A DNA stretch of 64,000 nt from an uncultured Candidatus Saccharibacteria bacterium (GTDB taxonomy: Bacteria > Patescibacteriota > Minisyncoccia > Phycocordibacterales > CAIZLB01), in assembly GCA_964627085.1 (NCBI GenBank), contig CAZVIP010000001.1:3654-67653 (forward strand), in the 5' to 3' direction. Of this stretch, positions 50,142 through 58,839 are shown in pieces. The position numbers and the translations under genes were made by a program. The notes below the pieces were generated by a model. The model worked only from the letters and a program-made list of their open reading frames with translations, ran no database searches and was not told where the DNA came from. Each line of letters starts with the position of its first letter. Within the stretch, counting starts at the first letter, position 1.

Positions 50142-50912
50142 ATGTCAAAAATCTTTGACCAAAATACCACTAATACTGTGAAGGAGCTTTGCACCTTAGG
50201 CCTAACTGAGAAGGAGGCTTTGGTGTATCTAGCTCTTTTACCCCGTCGCGACACAGGCTCTTCCAAGCTGGTACTTGCCACCGGATTACACAAGCAGTTT
50301 GTCTACAATGCCTTAGGAAAGCTGGAGGGACTAGGTCTCGCAAAGCACGTAATTCAGAACGGGCGCAAGAAGTTCAGCGCCAACACCCCTCAACGCATCG
50401 TGAGTCTGATTGAGGAGAAAAGGGTCGCGGCAGGACGCCTAGCAGCAGAACTTCAGAAAAAATATATCGGAGCACATGATCAGGATGCAGAAATATTTCA
50501 GGGTGATAACGCTTTTGTCATGCACCAAATGAACAACATCGAGAGAGCACCTGAAGGAGCTACGCTATGTGTTATAGCAAGTGCGTCAGAACGCTATGGC
50601 GCAATTTTGCGTGAGCACGACCTTTGGGATGAATTTGAACGAATCCGAAAATCAAAAAATATTGCTATAAAATACCTGGGTTCGGAATCTCAACTTGAAA
50701 CCCTCAAAAGCAGAATGAGTGATGAAAAACCTTGGGAATATCGTATTCTTCCTGGCCACGCAACAGGACTCATGAATACTGACATTTGGGATGACCATGT
50801 AACATTCAATATATTTGGTGAACCGGTCCTTTCCATAACTATTACAGGTAAAGAAATCACCGATGGTTATCGACAATTTTTTGACACACTTTGGAAACTA
50901 GGGAGAATTTAA
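50142..50912 (+). CDS. TrmB-like winged-HTH transcriptional regulator, paralog 6 (elevated GC)
   Basis: EKEALVYLALLPRRDTGSSKLVLATGLHKQFVYNALGKLEGLGLA HTH. C-terminus FFDTLWKLG. Confidence 0.7.
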   Translation: MSKIFDQNTTNTVKELCTLGLTEKEALVYLALLPRRDTGSSKLVLATGLHKQFVYNALGKLEGLGLAKHVIQNGRKKFSANTPQRIVSLIEEKRVAAGRLAAELQKKYIGAHDQDAEIFQGDNAFVMHQMNNIERAPEGATLCVIASASERYGAILREHDLWDEFERIRKSKNIAIKYLGSESQLETLKSRMSDEKPWEYRILPGHATGLMNTDIWDDHVTFNIFGEPVLSITITGKEITDGYRQFFDTLWKLGRI

Positions 50913-50966
50913 CTCAATGATTAGTATATAAAAAGACCAGGCATAACCTGATCTTTTTATATTTTG

Positions 50967-51037
50967 TGCGGGATAAGAGAATCGAACTCTTGTCTACTGC
51001 TTGGAAGGCAGTCATTCTACCACTAAACCAATCCCGC
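50967..51037 (-). tRNA. tRNA-Gly (anticodon TCC)
   Basis: Hand-folded cloverleaf: acceptor GCGGGAT/ATCCCGC, anticodon stem ACTGC/GCAGT, loop CTTCCAA, T-arm GAGTTCGATTCTC. No encoded CCA. Confidence 0.8.
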
Positions 51038-51185
51038 ATTTATTGTGTTTTTGTTTCCACCCTTTATCAGGGCCCTATAGAGACAAACGACATACTCACC
51101 TATATCCAAACATGTTTAAGGTAAGCACAGCAATACTATATCAAAGAGATGCAGGAAATACAATTTCGTATATACTTTACCTATA

Positions 51186-52451
51186 ATGAATGGCCAAAAG
51201 AAATATATTGTCTTAGCTCTTTTTTCCATATCAATACTTGGATCAGTTGTAATTTACACGATCTTTGCCACACAAAATGCTGGTGAAAATTCAAAATACG
51301 CTTATTTTTGGCCAAAAAAGACAGAACAGCTCGCAACGATTTCATCAAAAGTTAATTCAATTGGTGATAAACTGCGAAAGCACAACCTCTTTTTCTCAAT
51401 CCCTAAACCGCTATTGCAGATAAATGCACCTGAATTCAAGATAATTAACCTCAACCAACCCAAAACATTACCTGAAAGTACACCTGCCGTGAGCCAAACC
51501 CCATCACCTGTGCCTTCACAAAAAAACCAAGCAAATACAACGCAAAACCCCATAAACATTCTTCCTGCACCAAAAACATCAGTTGCTGATATTATCAACT
51601 CGATACCAAACAATAACAATATTAATAACACACCGGAAAACAGCGTTGTTAATATACTTTGTAAAATCACCAACGGTAATACCACTCAAAATATTTCAAG
51701 CTCAGGAATCCTTATTTCAAATTCTGGCCTTATTTTGACAAATGCCCACGTTGCAGTGCATCCATTCTTGGACACATATACCGATTCAGCGGTTTCATGT
51801 GAAGCAAGGTCTGGATCCCCTGCTGTGAGCCCTCAAAAAGCTTCTCTTGTGTATATTTCACCGCAGTGGACATCAAGACATGCTGGTGAAATTTATGGTA
51901 ATTTTTCTGCCGATACAGGCGAAGATGATTTTGCCATCTTAAAGACATCACCAATCACTGGTCAGAGCAAAAATCAAAAAATATCACTACGAAACAAGGA
52001 TAATACCCTCTTATACGGTACACATACTGGTAACATCAATAACTTAGTTATTGGTCAGAAAATAAAGCTAATTGGATACCCAATTAACACCCAAAACACA
52101 CTATCACTCTATAAAAAGACCGAGGATTTGAATATTAACCATTTAACTAGCCTCGGAAATGAAAACACTAAGGATATTATTGAGACCTCGACGAGTATTA
52201 TTGGGAAAAGCGGCGCATCAGGAGGTGCAATTATTGATGCCCAGAACTACTTGGTAGGATTAGTAGCAAATATTGCCCCATCATCTGCAAATAACACCTA
52301 TGTAAGGGCACTCACCCTAGATCATATATACAAAACTCTTGAATCAGAGACTGGAATACAGTTTGACGAACTAATTTCTTCAGATGGCAGCAAGCTCAAG
52401 AAGTATTTTGAAGCCAACTATTTAAACAGCATTAAAAACAACCTTAGATAG
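51186..52451 (+). CDS. Membrane-anchored trypsin-like (S1 family) serine protease
   Basis: N-terminal TM. Catalytic context LTNAHV (His), DFAIL (Asp), GKSGASGGAI (Ser). Confidence 0.7.
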   Translation: MNGQKKYIVLALFSISILGSVVIYTIFATQNAGENSKYAYFWPKKTEQLATISSKVNSIGDKLRKHNLFFSIPKPLLQINAPEFKIINLNQPKTLPESTPAVSQTPSPVPSQKNQANTTQNPINILPAPKTSVADIINSIPNNNNINNTPENSVVNILCKITNGNTTQNISSSGILISNSGLILTNAHVAVHPFLDTYTDSAVSCEARSGSPAVSPQKASLVYISPQWTSRHAGEIYGNFSADTGEDDFAILKTSPITGQSKNQKISLRNKDNTLLYGTHTGNINNLVIGQKIKLIGYPINTQNTLSLYKKTEDLNINHLTSLGNENTKDIIETSTSIIGKSGASGGAIIDAQNYLVGLVANIAPSSANNTYVRALTLDHIYKTLESETGIQFDELISSDGSKLKKYFEANYLNSIKNNLR

Positions 52452-52782
52452 ACTGTCGGTGTAGGTCTTTTGCTCGTTTTGCGATTACTGCAACTACAGC
52501 ATCGATATCATCAATATCCCTTATTTTATTTGGTTTTTGCTCACCACATTTCAGGCATTTGTGTAAAACCGTGTAGGCCTTCCCTGTTGTCCCTTCTATT
52601 CTATAAGGCTCCATGAGGCCACAGCATTCATTTGCCCTGTCACCAGGGTTAATGTCAACATGTTTGCACCATAAGCACTTTGGACAGTGATTTGTATATC
52701 CATCCCCTACTACAAAAAAACCACATTTTTCACATGTAAAGTCCTCTTTTTTTCTAGTAAACCTTTTTGCTTGTAGTGTCAT
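52444..52782 (-). CDS. RNHCP-domain zinc-ribbon protein
   Basis: FTCEKCG...GYTNHCPKCLWCKH...HKCLKCG: Cys clusters and the xNHCP motif of the RNHCP family. Confidence 0.65.
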   Translation of the reverse strand: MTLQAKRFTRKKEDFTCEKCGFFVVGDGYTNHCPKCLWCKHVDINPGDRANECCGLMEPYRIEGTTGKAYTVLHKCLKCGEQKPNKIRDIDDIDAVVAVIAKRAKDLHRQSI

Positions 52783-52881
52783 ATATGCGAACCTGTGGTC
52801 AAAATAATGAGAAACCAGTATATAAGTTTGTGTAGGAAGTGTTAGCTATTTACTAACCAACCACACAATCTTAACTTCTTG

Positions 52882-52954
52882 TCGGGGCGCCGGGATTCGA
52901 ACCCGGAGTCACGTGTTCCCAAAACACGTATGTTAGCCGTTACACCACGCCCCG
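52882..52954 (-). tRNA. tRNA-Pro (anticodon TGG)
   Basis: Hand-folded: acceptor CGGGGCG/CGCCCCG, anticodon stem CGTGT/ACACG, loop TTTGGGA with G37, T-arm CCGGGTTCGAATCCCGG. Confidence 0.8.
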
Positions 52955-53034
52955 ATTTGTATTTGAGCATTATCAGATACATTACCTTGAAAACAAGGTA
53001 ACTTTCGATAGCTTAGCATAGTTTTTTTTATATC

Positions 53035-53814
53035 TCAATTAAATTGAATAATATCAAGCTTTTCAAAAGATACAGATGCTGAAAACCTACACCTTTTCGA
53101 AACCACTCGCCCAGGCGGAGTGGAGCCTGGCAAGGCTTTAAACTCAATATACATAAGATATACTAGAGCACATACTTCCCCGCCTTTCAATACCTCTTTT
53201 TTGAATTTTTTAGACGAAATGTGCAAGGCGACAGATCTTTTTATTTTTTTTGATTTCAAAAATGTCATCGGCAAAAATTCAGAGCAGTTACACATGTAAC
53301 TTTTTGTAGTGGGTTTTGATTCTGTGGCTTTATACATGAATACTTTGGCATTATCGACACGACCAATCTGACCCACTATCCCCTCGTCTGTCAAACATGA
53401 TTCCCATACTTCAGCTGTGCGGTCAAGCCTGCCGGCCTTGCAATCATCAGCGTTCCCGGGTTCTGTCAAACAAAAACAGAACCTTGACCTAACCTCAAAC
53501 ACAAAAATATCAGTGAATGTGGCACGTGAAACGTCATTTTCACGTGTAACCGAGGTATACAAGAGGTCAATTTCACCATTTCTACCGACGTGTATATTCG
53601 ACCCGAGGAGGTTGAGCTGGGGTAGGTTTCTTGCTATCCAGTATTGGGCATATTTCTCACCATAACTGCCCACATTCTTTTTGCCTGATAATCTATCATT
53701 GTCATAAATCCCGGAGTAGGGGCCCGGCACTGATATTTCATTTATATGTCTATTGCTTGTCATTTGATACTCGGTTAGACAGTCATGTTCGGCATGACCT
53801 TTTAGCTGGTGCAC
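53035..53814 (-). CDS. Hypothetical protein with YraN/UPF0102-like (PD-(D/E)xK) endonuclease-like N-terminal region
   Basis: Segment EKYAQYWIARNL...GRNGEIDLLY...IFVFEVRSR resembles the YraN signature (E...GEIDLI...VFVEVKxR). The remaining approximately 150 aa have no family. The gene boundaries are uncertain. Confidence 0.35.
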   Translation of the reverse strand: MHQLKGHAEHDCLTEYQMTSNRHINEISVPGPYSGIYDNDRLSGKKNVGSYGEKYAQYWIARNLPQLNLLGSNIHVGRNGEIDLLYTSVTRENDVSRATFTDIFVFEVRSRFCFCLTEPGNADDCKAGRLDRTAEVWESCLTDEGIVGQIGRVDNAKVFMYKATESKPTTKSYMCNCSEFLPMTFLKSKKIKRSVALHISSKKFKKEVLKGGEVCALVYLMYIEFKALPGSTPPGRVVSKRCRFSASVSFEKLDIIQFN

Positions 53815-54391
53815 CAGCTGAGTTAGGCTACCAAGTGGCTGATTAAATTCTGATCAACTTTGCGTATATTTTGAATGAAAATTGAAAAAGAAAAAATGGA
53901 GGGGGCAAAGATGATAATAGGTGAGGGTATCAGGAGAGAGAAGCGAAGAAAAAAAAAGGGGGGGGCGACAAGGGAGAAAGAAGAAGCGACGTGGAAAGGG
54001 TAGTGACGATGTACTTACCCAAGACTTGTTACACATGAGACATCCACTAGTGCAAAGTCGGGTCCGAAAGGTAGAGAGTTATCGACAAAAAGAAGTCTGA
54101 GGGGCAGTAGGTCACCCTGTACTTGAATCCAAGTTGTCGTCAGGTGAGGTAAAAGGCCAGAAAGGAGAAAAGCGCTAGGATAGCCCAAATCAGTCAAAAA
54201 CCAACACTTTTTTCAACCAGAAACACCCTCTAAAAGACTGTCTTTTATCAACATATCCACTGAGTTATCCACAGTTTTGTCTTTTTCAGACTATTCACAA
54301 CTGACCTTTATATTCAGTATATGGCTATAAACAAGGTTATATTGAAATAGTTAGGAAATCAGTCACAAAGCAAATCAAAGTCACAATTTTG

Positions 54392-54462
54392 TGCGGGTAG
54401 GGAGAATCGAACTCCCGTCTCGTCCTTGGCAAGGACGCATTCTACCACTAAACCATACCCGC
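54392..54462 (-). tRNA. tRNA-Gly (anticodon GCC)
   Basis: Hand-folded: acceptor GCGGGTA/TACCCGC, anticodon stem CGTCC/GGACG, loop TTGCCAA, T-arm GGGAGTTCGATTCTCCC. Confidence 0.8.
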
Positions 54463-54524
54463 ATGTTTTATATTTTATACATTCACAATAAATATTGCAA
54501 AAGCATACCTGACCTTTGTCATTG

Positions 54525-54596
54525 TGCACCCGCCAGGATTCGAACCTGGAATAACGGTTCCGAAGACCGTTGTGATATCCATTTCACCACGGGTGC
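54525..54596 (-). tRNA. tRNA-Arg (anticodon TCG)
   Basis: Hand-folded: acceptor GCACCCG/CGGGTGC, anticodon stem ACGGT/ACCGT, loop CTTCGGA, T-arm CCAGGTTCGAATCCTGG. Confidence 0.75.
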
Positions 54597-54754
54597 GAAT
54601 ATCTTACTTTGAATTAATAGATGTTTTGAGGCTATTCTATTTGGCCCCATAACTAACCGATATGGTTAATGTCTTTGGCCAAATTACTAATTCAACTTAA
54701 AGATAGTACATTATAAATAGCAAAAAATCAAAATATATACTAGTATTTCATTAA

Positions 54755-56371
54755 ATGACAAGATATATCTCCAACGGGCAGGAAGCAGCGACAAATACCG
54801 TCGAAATCAACACTGTCAAAATACCTCAGAAAATAAAGCTTATTGCAAAAACAATGAGCGATGCTGGGTTTGATGCATATCTTGTTGGAGGATGCGTCAG
54901 AGACCTAATTTTGGAAAGAAAACCCAAAGATTGGGACTTTACAACAAATGCTAAGCCTGAAGAAATCCAAAGTCTATTTACCCGAACATACTATGAAAAT
55001 ACATACGGCACAGTAGGGGTAGTAATCGAGGATGACCACACAAAAAATGAAACAGGGGCAGCCGAAGCAAGGTCTGCATCAGATCAAAAAACAAACACCT
55101 CAAACACTAACGTGAACAACAATACTCTAAACAAAGAGTTAGTTGCTTTAGATATCATAGAGATCACACCATATAGGACAGAGGGGGATTATAAGGACGG
55201 AAGACATCCTACATCTGTTGATTTCGGCACGGACCTTCACGGTGACTTAAATAGACGAGACTTCACAATCAACGCACTCGCTTATGACCTTAACAAAGAT
55301 ACATTAGTAGATGACTTTAATGGCTTAAAGGACATTAAAGAAAAGGTCTTAAGGACAGTAGGGGATCCCGACAAACGTTTTACTGAGGACGGACTCCGAC
55401 TCCTGCGAGCCATAAGATTAGCCGCGGAACTTGGTTTCACGATTAACATTGATACAGAGACAAGTATTTCAATGAATTCCGAAGTTTTATCCAAAATTGC
55501 CCAGGAAAGGATCCGGGATGAGTTTGTCAAAATGCTTAGTAACCAAAACGCTGTCACATCTATATTCTTGCTTCAGAAGCTTGGATTAATGAAATACATT
55601 ATCCCTGAGCTAGAAGAAGGGTTACACATGGAACAAAACCAGGCACATAGCTATAGTGTTTATGAGCACCTTTTGCGCAGTATGCAATGCGCTGTTGATA
55701 AGGAATACCCTGTAGAAATAAGGATTGCCGCACTTCTTCATGATATAGGCAAGCCCAGAAGTAGACGTTTTTCAGAGGAAAAGAAAGACTATACCTTCTA
55801 CGGCCATGAGGTTATCGGTGCCAAGATGACTAAAAAGATCTTGGAGAGGCTAAAGTTTTCACGGGAAACAATAGATTACGTCGAGAAACTTGTCCGTTGG
55901 CACATGTTCTTTAGCGATACAGGGCAAATAACACACTCTGCAGTGCGAAGAATGATTGCAAACGTAGGCAAAGATCATATCTGGGACCTAATTAACCTTA
56001 GAATATGTGACAGAGTAGGGACAGGGAGACCAAAAGAAGAACCTTATAGACTCAGAAAGTACATAACAATGATCGAAGAAGTACTCAGAGACCCTGTCTC
56101 TGTATCAATGCTCAAAATTGACGGCAATACAATGATATCTCAGCTAGATATTACACCGGGACCAAAAATTGGTTTCATGTTAAACATTCTTCTTGGTGAA
56201 GTTATTGAGGATCCATCCCTTAATACAGCTGAATACCTAGTTTCACGAGTAACAGAACTAAATGATACTGATGAAAACACACTCAAAGAATTATCGAAAA
56301 AAGCCGTCGACTTACGAAACATGGTTGAGGAAGAAGAGGTTCAGTCTATCCACAAGAAAAACAGAGTATAA
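54755..56371 (+). CDS. cca: CCA-adding enzyme (tRNA nucleotidyltransferase, PolyA_pol head plus HD domain)
   Basis: GGCVRD...DxD head-domain motifs, RDFTINA, HD motif LLHDIGKP. 538 aa including a Thr/Asn-rich insertion. The local tRNAs lack encoded CCA. Confidence 0.85.
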   Translation: MTRYISNGQEAATNTVEINTVKIPQKIKLIAKTMSDAGFDAYLVGGCVRDLILERKPKDWDFTTNAKPEEIQSLFTRTYYENTYGTVGVVIEDDHTKNETGAAEARSASDQKTNTSNTNVNNNTLNKELVALDIIEITPYRTEGDYKDGRHPTSVDFGTDLHGDLNRRDFTINALAYDLNKDTLVDDFNGLKDIKEKVLRTVGDPDKRFTEDGLRLLRAIRLAAELGFTINIDTETSISMNSEVLSKIAQERIRDEFVKMLSNQNAVTSIFLLQKLGLMKYIIPELEEGLHMEQNQAHSYSVYEHLLRSMQCAVDKEYPVEIRIAALLHDIGKPRSRRFSEEKKDYTFYGHEVIGAKMTKKILERLKFSRETIDYVEKLVRWHMFFSDTGQITHSAVRRMIANVGKDHIWDLINLRICDRVGTGRPKEEPYRLRKYITMIEEVLRDPVSVSMLKIDGNTMISQLDITPGPKIGFMLNILLGEVIEDPSLNTAEYLVSRVTELNDTDENTLKELSKKAVDLRNMVEEEEVQSIHKKNRV

Positions 56372-56883
56372 AAATAAGGAAGAACCAGAAAAAAAAAGGG
56401 GGGGGTATCGACCTAAAAACGTTGCTCGGCAATAAAACTCGGGAAATAAAAAAGCCGCCCCATGTGCGCAATTTTGAAAGAACTAGAAAACGATTGATTA
56501 ATTTGTACCCAAACCCGTCCCAAAAAATATTTAATTGTGAGTTGCGCTCACGTGACGACTTATGAAATAAGCCCTGTGGTATGTCCTAGATGGATTAACA
56601 ACGATTACTGAACTGCAATGTTGATATATATATTTTGAGAGTTCGTATCGTGAACCCATCCATAAAAGACACCCATGGTCTTTTCAAATAACTTTTGCCC
56701 TCACTGAATGGCGCCCCCTGACATAAATATCGCATGTCCTTTAATATTCGTAAAGGACATTATTTATTATTCTGTGGATAAGTCACTGATTTTGCAAAAT
56801 ATAAATGTCTTTTATGTATTTTCTCTGCGGACCTTTCTTTCGCCGTTTTTGACTGAGGTATATAAAATTTTATTTCAACCTTA

Positions 56884-57663
56884 TTATTCAATCTCAATTG
56901 AGACCGGACAGTGATCAGATCCATAGACCTCACCGTGTATTTCAATAGATTTGATTTTCTTTAAAATCTTTTTTGTGGCAAAAAAAGTATCAATTCTCCA
57001 ACCTATATTCCTATCTCTTGCTGCTGTTTTCATATCCCACCATGTAAACACATCAGATGCTTCAGGATTAAAAACTCTAAATACATCACTGAGACCAAGG
57101 CGGACCAGTGCATCGAGTTTTGCTTGCTCCTCAGGCAAAAAGCCAACATTACCTTGATTCTCTTTAAATCTGGCAGCGTCATTTTCTTTGTGAACTATAT
57201 TAAAATCACCACAAACAATAACCTCTCCACCTGAATCAACAAGAGTCTGTATATGTTTCAGCATTGCGTCATAGAAGTTGATTTTGTAGTCCAATCTTTC
57301 TTTTGCACCTCCACCGTTAGGGAAGTAACAGTTTATAAGCGTAAACATAGGAAATCCTACTTGTATAAATCTTCCTTCTTGGTCAAGAGTACCGTCATTA
57401 AGTTTTAGTGAATCAAGAGTGTTTGTCGGGGTTTCTTTTGTATAGATAACAACACCACTATACCCTTTCTTCAATTTGGAGTGATCGAAATAGCTACTAT
57501 AGCCTTGCGGAGACCTCGTGTGAGCGTCTAGCTGGTCCGGATGGGCCTTTGTTTCTTGTAAACATAATATGTCTGGGTTGTGACTTAATATCTCGTCAAA
57601 GGCACCTTTTTTGACCGATGCGCGTATACCATTCACATTCCAGCATATTATTTTCTTTGCCAT
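56884..57663 (-). CDS. xth: Exodeoxyribonuclease III (Xth/APE family)
   Basis: CWNVNGIR, LCLQETK and SDHCPV motifs of the EEP nuclease family. 259 aa. Confidence 0.9.
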   Translation of the reverse strand: MAKKIICWNVNGIRASVKKGAFDEILSHNPDILCLQETKAHPDQLDAHTRSPQGYSSYFDHSKLKKGYSGVVIYTKETPTNTLDSLKLNDGTLDQEGRFIQVGFPMFTLINCYFPNGGGAKERLDYKINFYDAMLKHIQTLVDSGGEVIVCGDFNIVHKENDAARFKENQGNVGFLPEEQAKLDALVRLGLSDVFRVFNPEASDVFTWWDMKTAARDRNIGWRIDTFFATKKILKKIKSIEIHGEVYGSDHCPVSIEIE

Positions 57664-57787
57664 ATTGGCACTATTCTACACTAAATATATTTTTTTAATC
57701 AAAAGTGATTAAAGGCTGGTTTTAAAGATTGATTAAAAATTAATTACTAACAAAAGGCAGAAGGCAGAATTTGCTGCTAGATTAAAA

Positions 57788-58702
57788 TTAACTGCGCTTA
57801 CTGTGAAAATTCTTATGAATTTCTTTAAGGTGCCTGTCAGTAACATGTGTATATATCTGAGTCGTGGTGATATTTGCGTGCCCAAGGAGCGCCTGGACCG
57901 AACGTAAATCAGCCCCGTTTTGAAGTAAATCTGTTGCAAAACTATGTCTGATGACGTGGGGGGTGACTTTTTTTGATATACCAGCTTTTATGGCATAGGA
58001 TTTAACCATTCTCTCAACTGATCTTGGGATAGTATTAAAAAGCGTTGGGGAATCTATATTTGTAGCCACCTTTTGATAGTTCTTTATTGCAGACTTGGCC
58101 TCTTCTGACAAAAAAACTACTCTTACTTTTTCACCTTTTCCCCTTACAGAAATTTCATCTTTTGACAAATCAAGGTCGCGAGGGAGTGCACAGACCTCGG
58201 AGACTCGGAGCCCGGTTGAGAATAGTGTTTCTAGAATAGCCTTATCTCTAGCCCCTTTTTTCACATCTTTTTCCTTTGTAGGTGCATCAAGTAGCCTCAT
58301 GAGCTCTTCGTGCGATATCAAATCGAGTGATCTTTCTGGCACTTTTGCCAGTTCGATACTCTCGGCAGGGAGAGTTTTGATTGCTCTTTTTGTATTTAGA
58401 TATTTGAGGAAAGAGCGCAGGGCAATCAAATAGTAGTTTTGTGTCCTTTTTTTGAGTGTTTGCTGGCCCAAAACAACGGTCTTTTGGACTTTTGGTGAGT
58501 TTTTTGTTACTTTTCTGTTTAACCAGAGGCGATATTCGCGGATTTTGTCTGTTGTGATGTCTTCGACAGCAGGTGATCCGGCGTATTCAATAAATAAAGA
58601 GAGGTATCTATCGTAATTTTCAACGGTTTTTAGGCTTCGACCCTTCTCAATCTCAATATGTTCCAGGTATTCTCGCTTGAGTTGATTGATATTGTGCGAC
58701 AT
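57788..58702 (-). CDS. Tyrosine site-specific recombinase (XerC/XerD-like)
   Basis: Catalytic R...HxxR...Y region: RHSFATDLL, LLGHANITTTQIYTHV. N-terminal SAM-like domain. No adjacent phage genes. Confidence 0.8.
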   Translation of the reverse strand: MSHNINQLKREYLEHIEIEKGRSLKTVENYDRYLSLFIEYAGSPAVEDITTDKIREYRLWLNRKVTKNSPKVQKTVVLGQQTLKKRTQNYYLIALRSFLKYLNTKRAIKTLPAESIELAKVPERSLDLISHEELMRLLDAPTKEKDVKKGARDKAILETLFSTGLRVSEVCALPRDLDLSKDEISVRGKGEKVRVVFLSEEAKSAIKNYQKVATNIDSPTLFNTIPRSVERMVKSYAIKAGISKKVTPHVIRHSFATDLLQNGADLRSVQALLGHANITTTQIYTHVTDRHLKEIHKNFHSKRS

Positions 58703-58839
58703 GAAATAAATATAGCACAAAAGGCACGAAGTGTGGGCGCTTTATCCCAAAAATACCCCAAAACACATGTACCAAAACCACACTTTAGAGCCAGTTACAG
58801 GCTTGCATCGAAGATATATCTGTGATACCATTTTAAATC

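Noticed and set aside
53854-54197. Two 60-aa minus-strand ORFs in the purine-rich stretch
   Set aside because: They are extreme low-complexity (F/P/L/S runs) translations of a pyrimidine-rich strand, with no start context. They are not credible proteins.
53880-54360. Calling the purine-rich region an RNase P RNA gene
   Set aside because: Only a partial CR-I-like box (AAAGUCGGGUCC) and a P5/P7-like segment are present. No complementary 3' P4 strand or CR-V box was found downstream. The composition is far more purine-skewed than known RNase P RNAs. Too weak to annotate.
54391-54612. 73-aa plus-strand ORF
   Set aside because: It lies entirely antisense to tRNA-Gly(GCC) and tRNA-Arg(TCG). It is an artefact of the open frame across the tRNA genes.
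57788-58720. Interpreting the tyrosine recombinase as a prophage or integrative-element integrase
   Set aside because: No phage structural, replication or excisionase genes are adjacent. Its size, motifs and the housekeeping neighbourhood (xth, rpsO) fit a chromosomal XerC/XerD-type dimer-resolution recombinase better.
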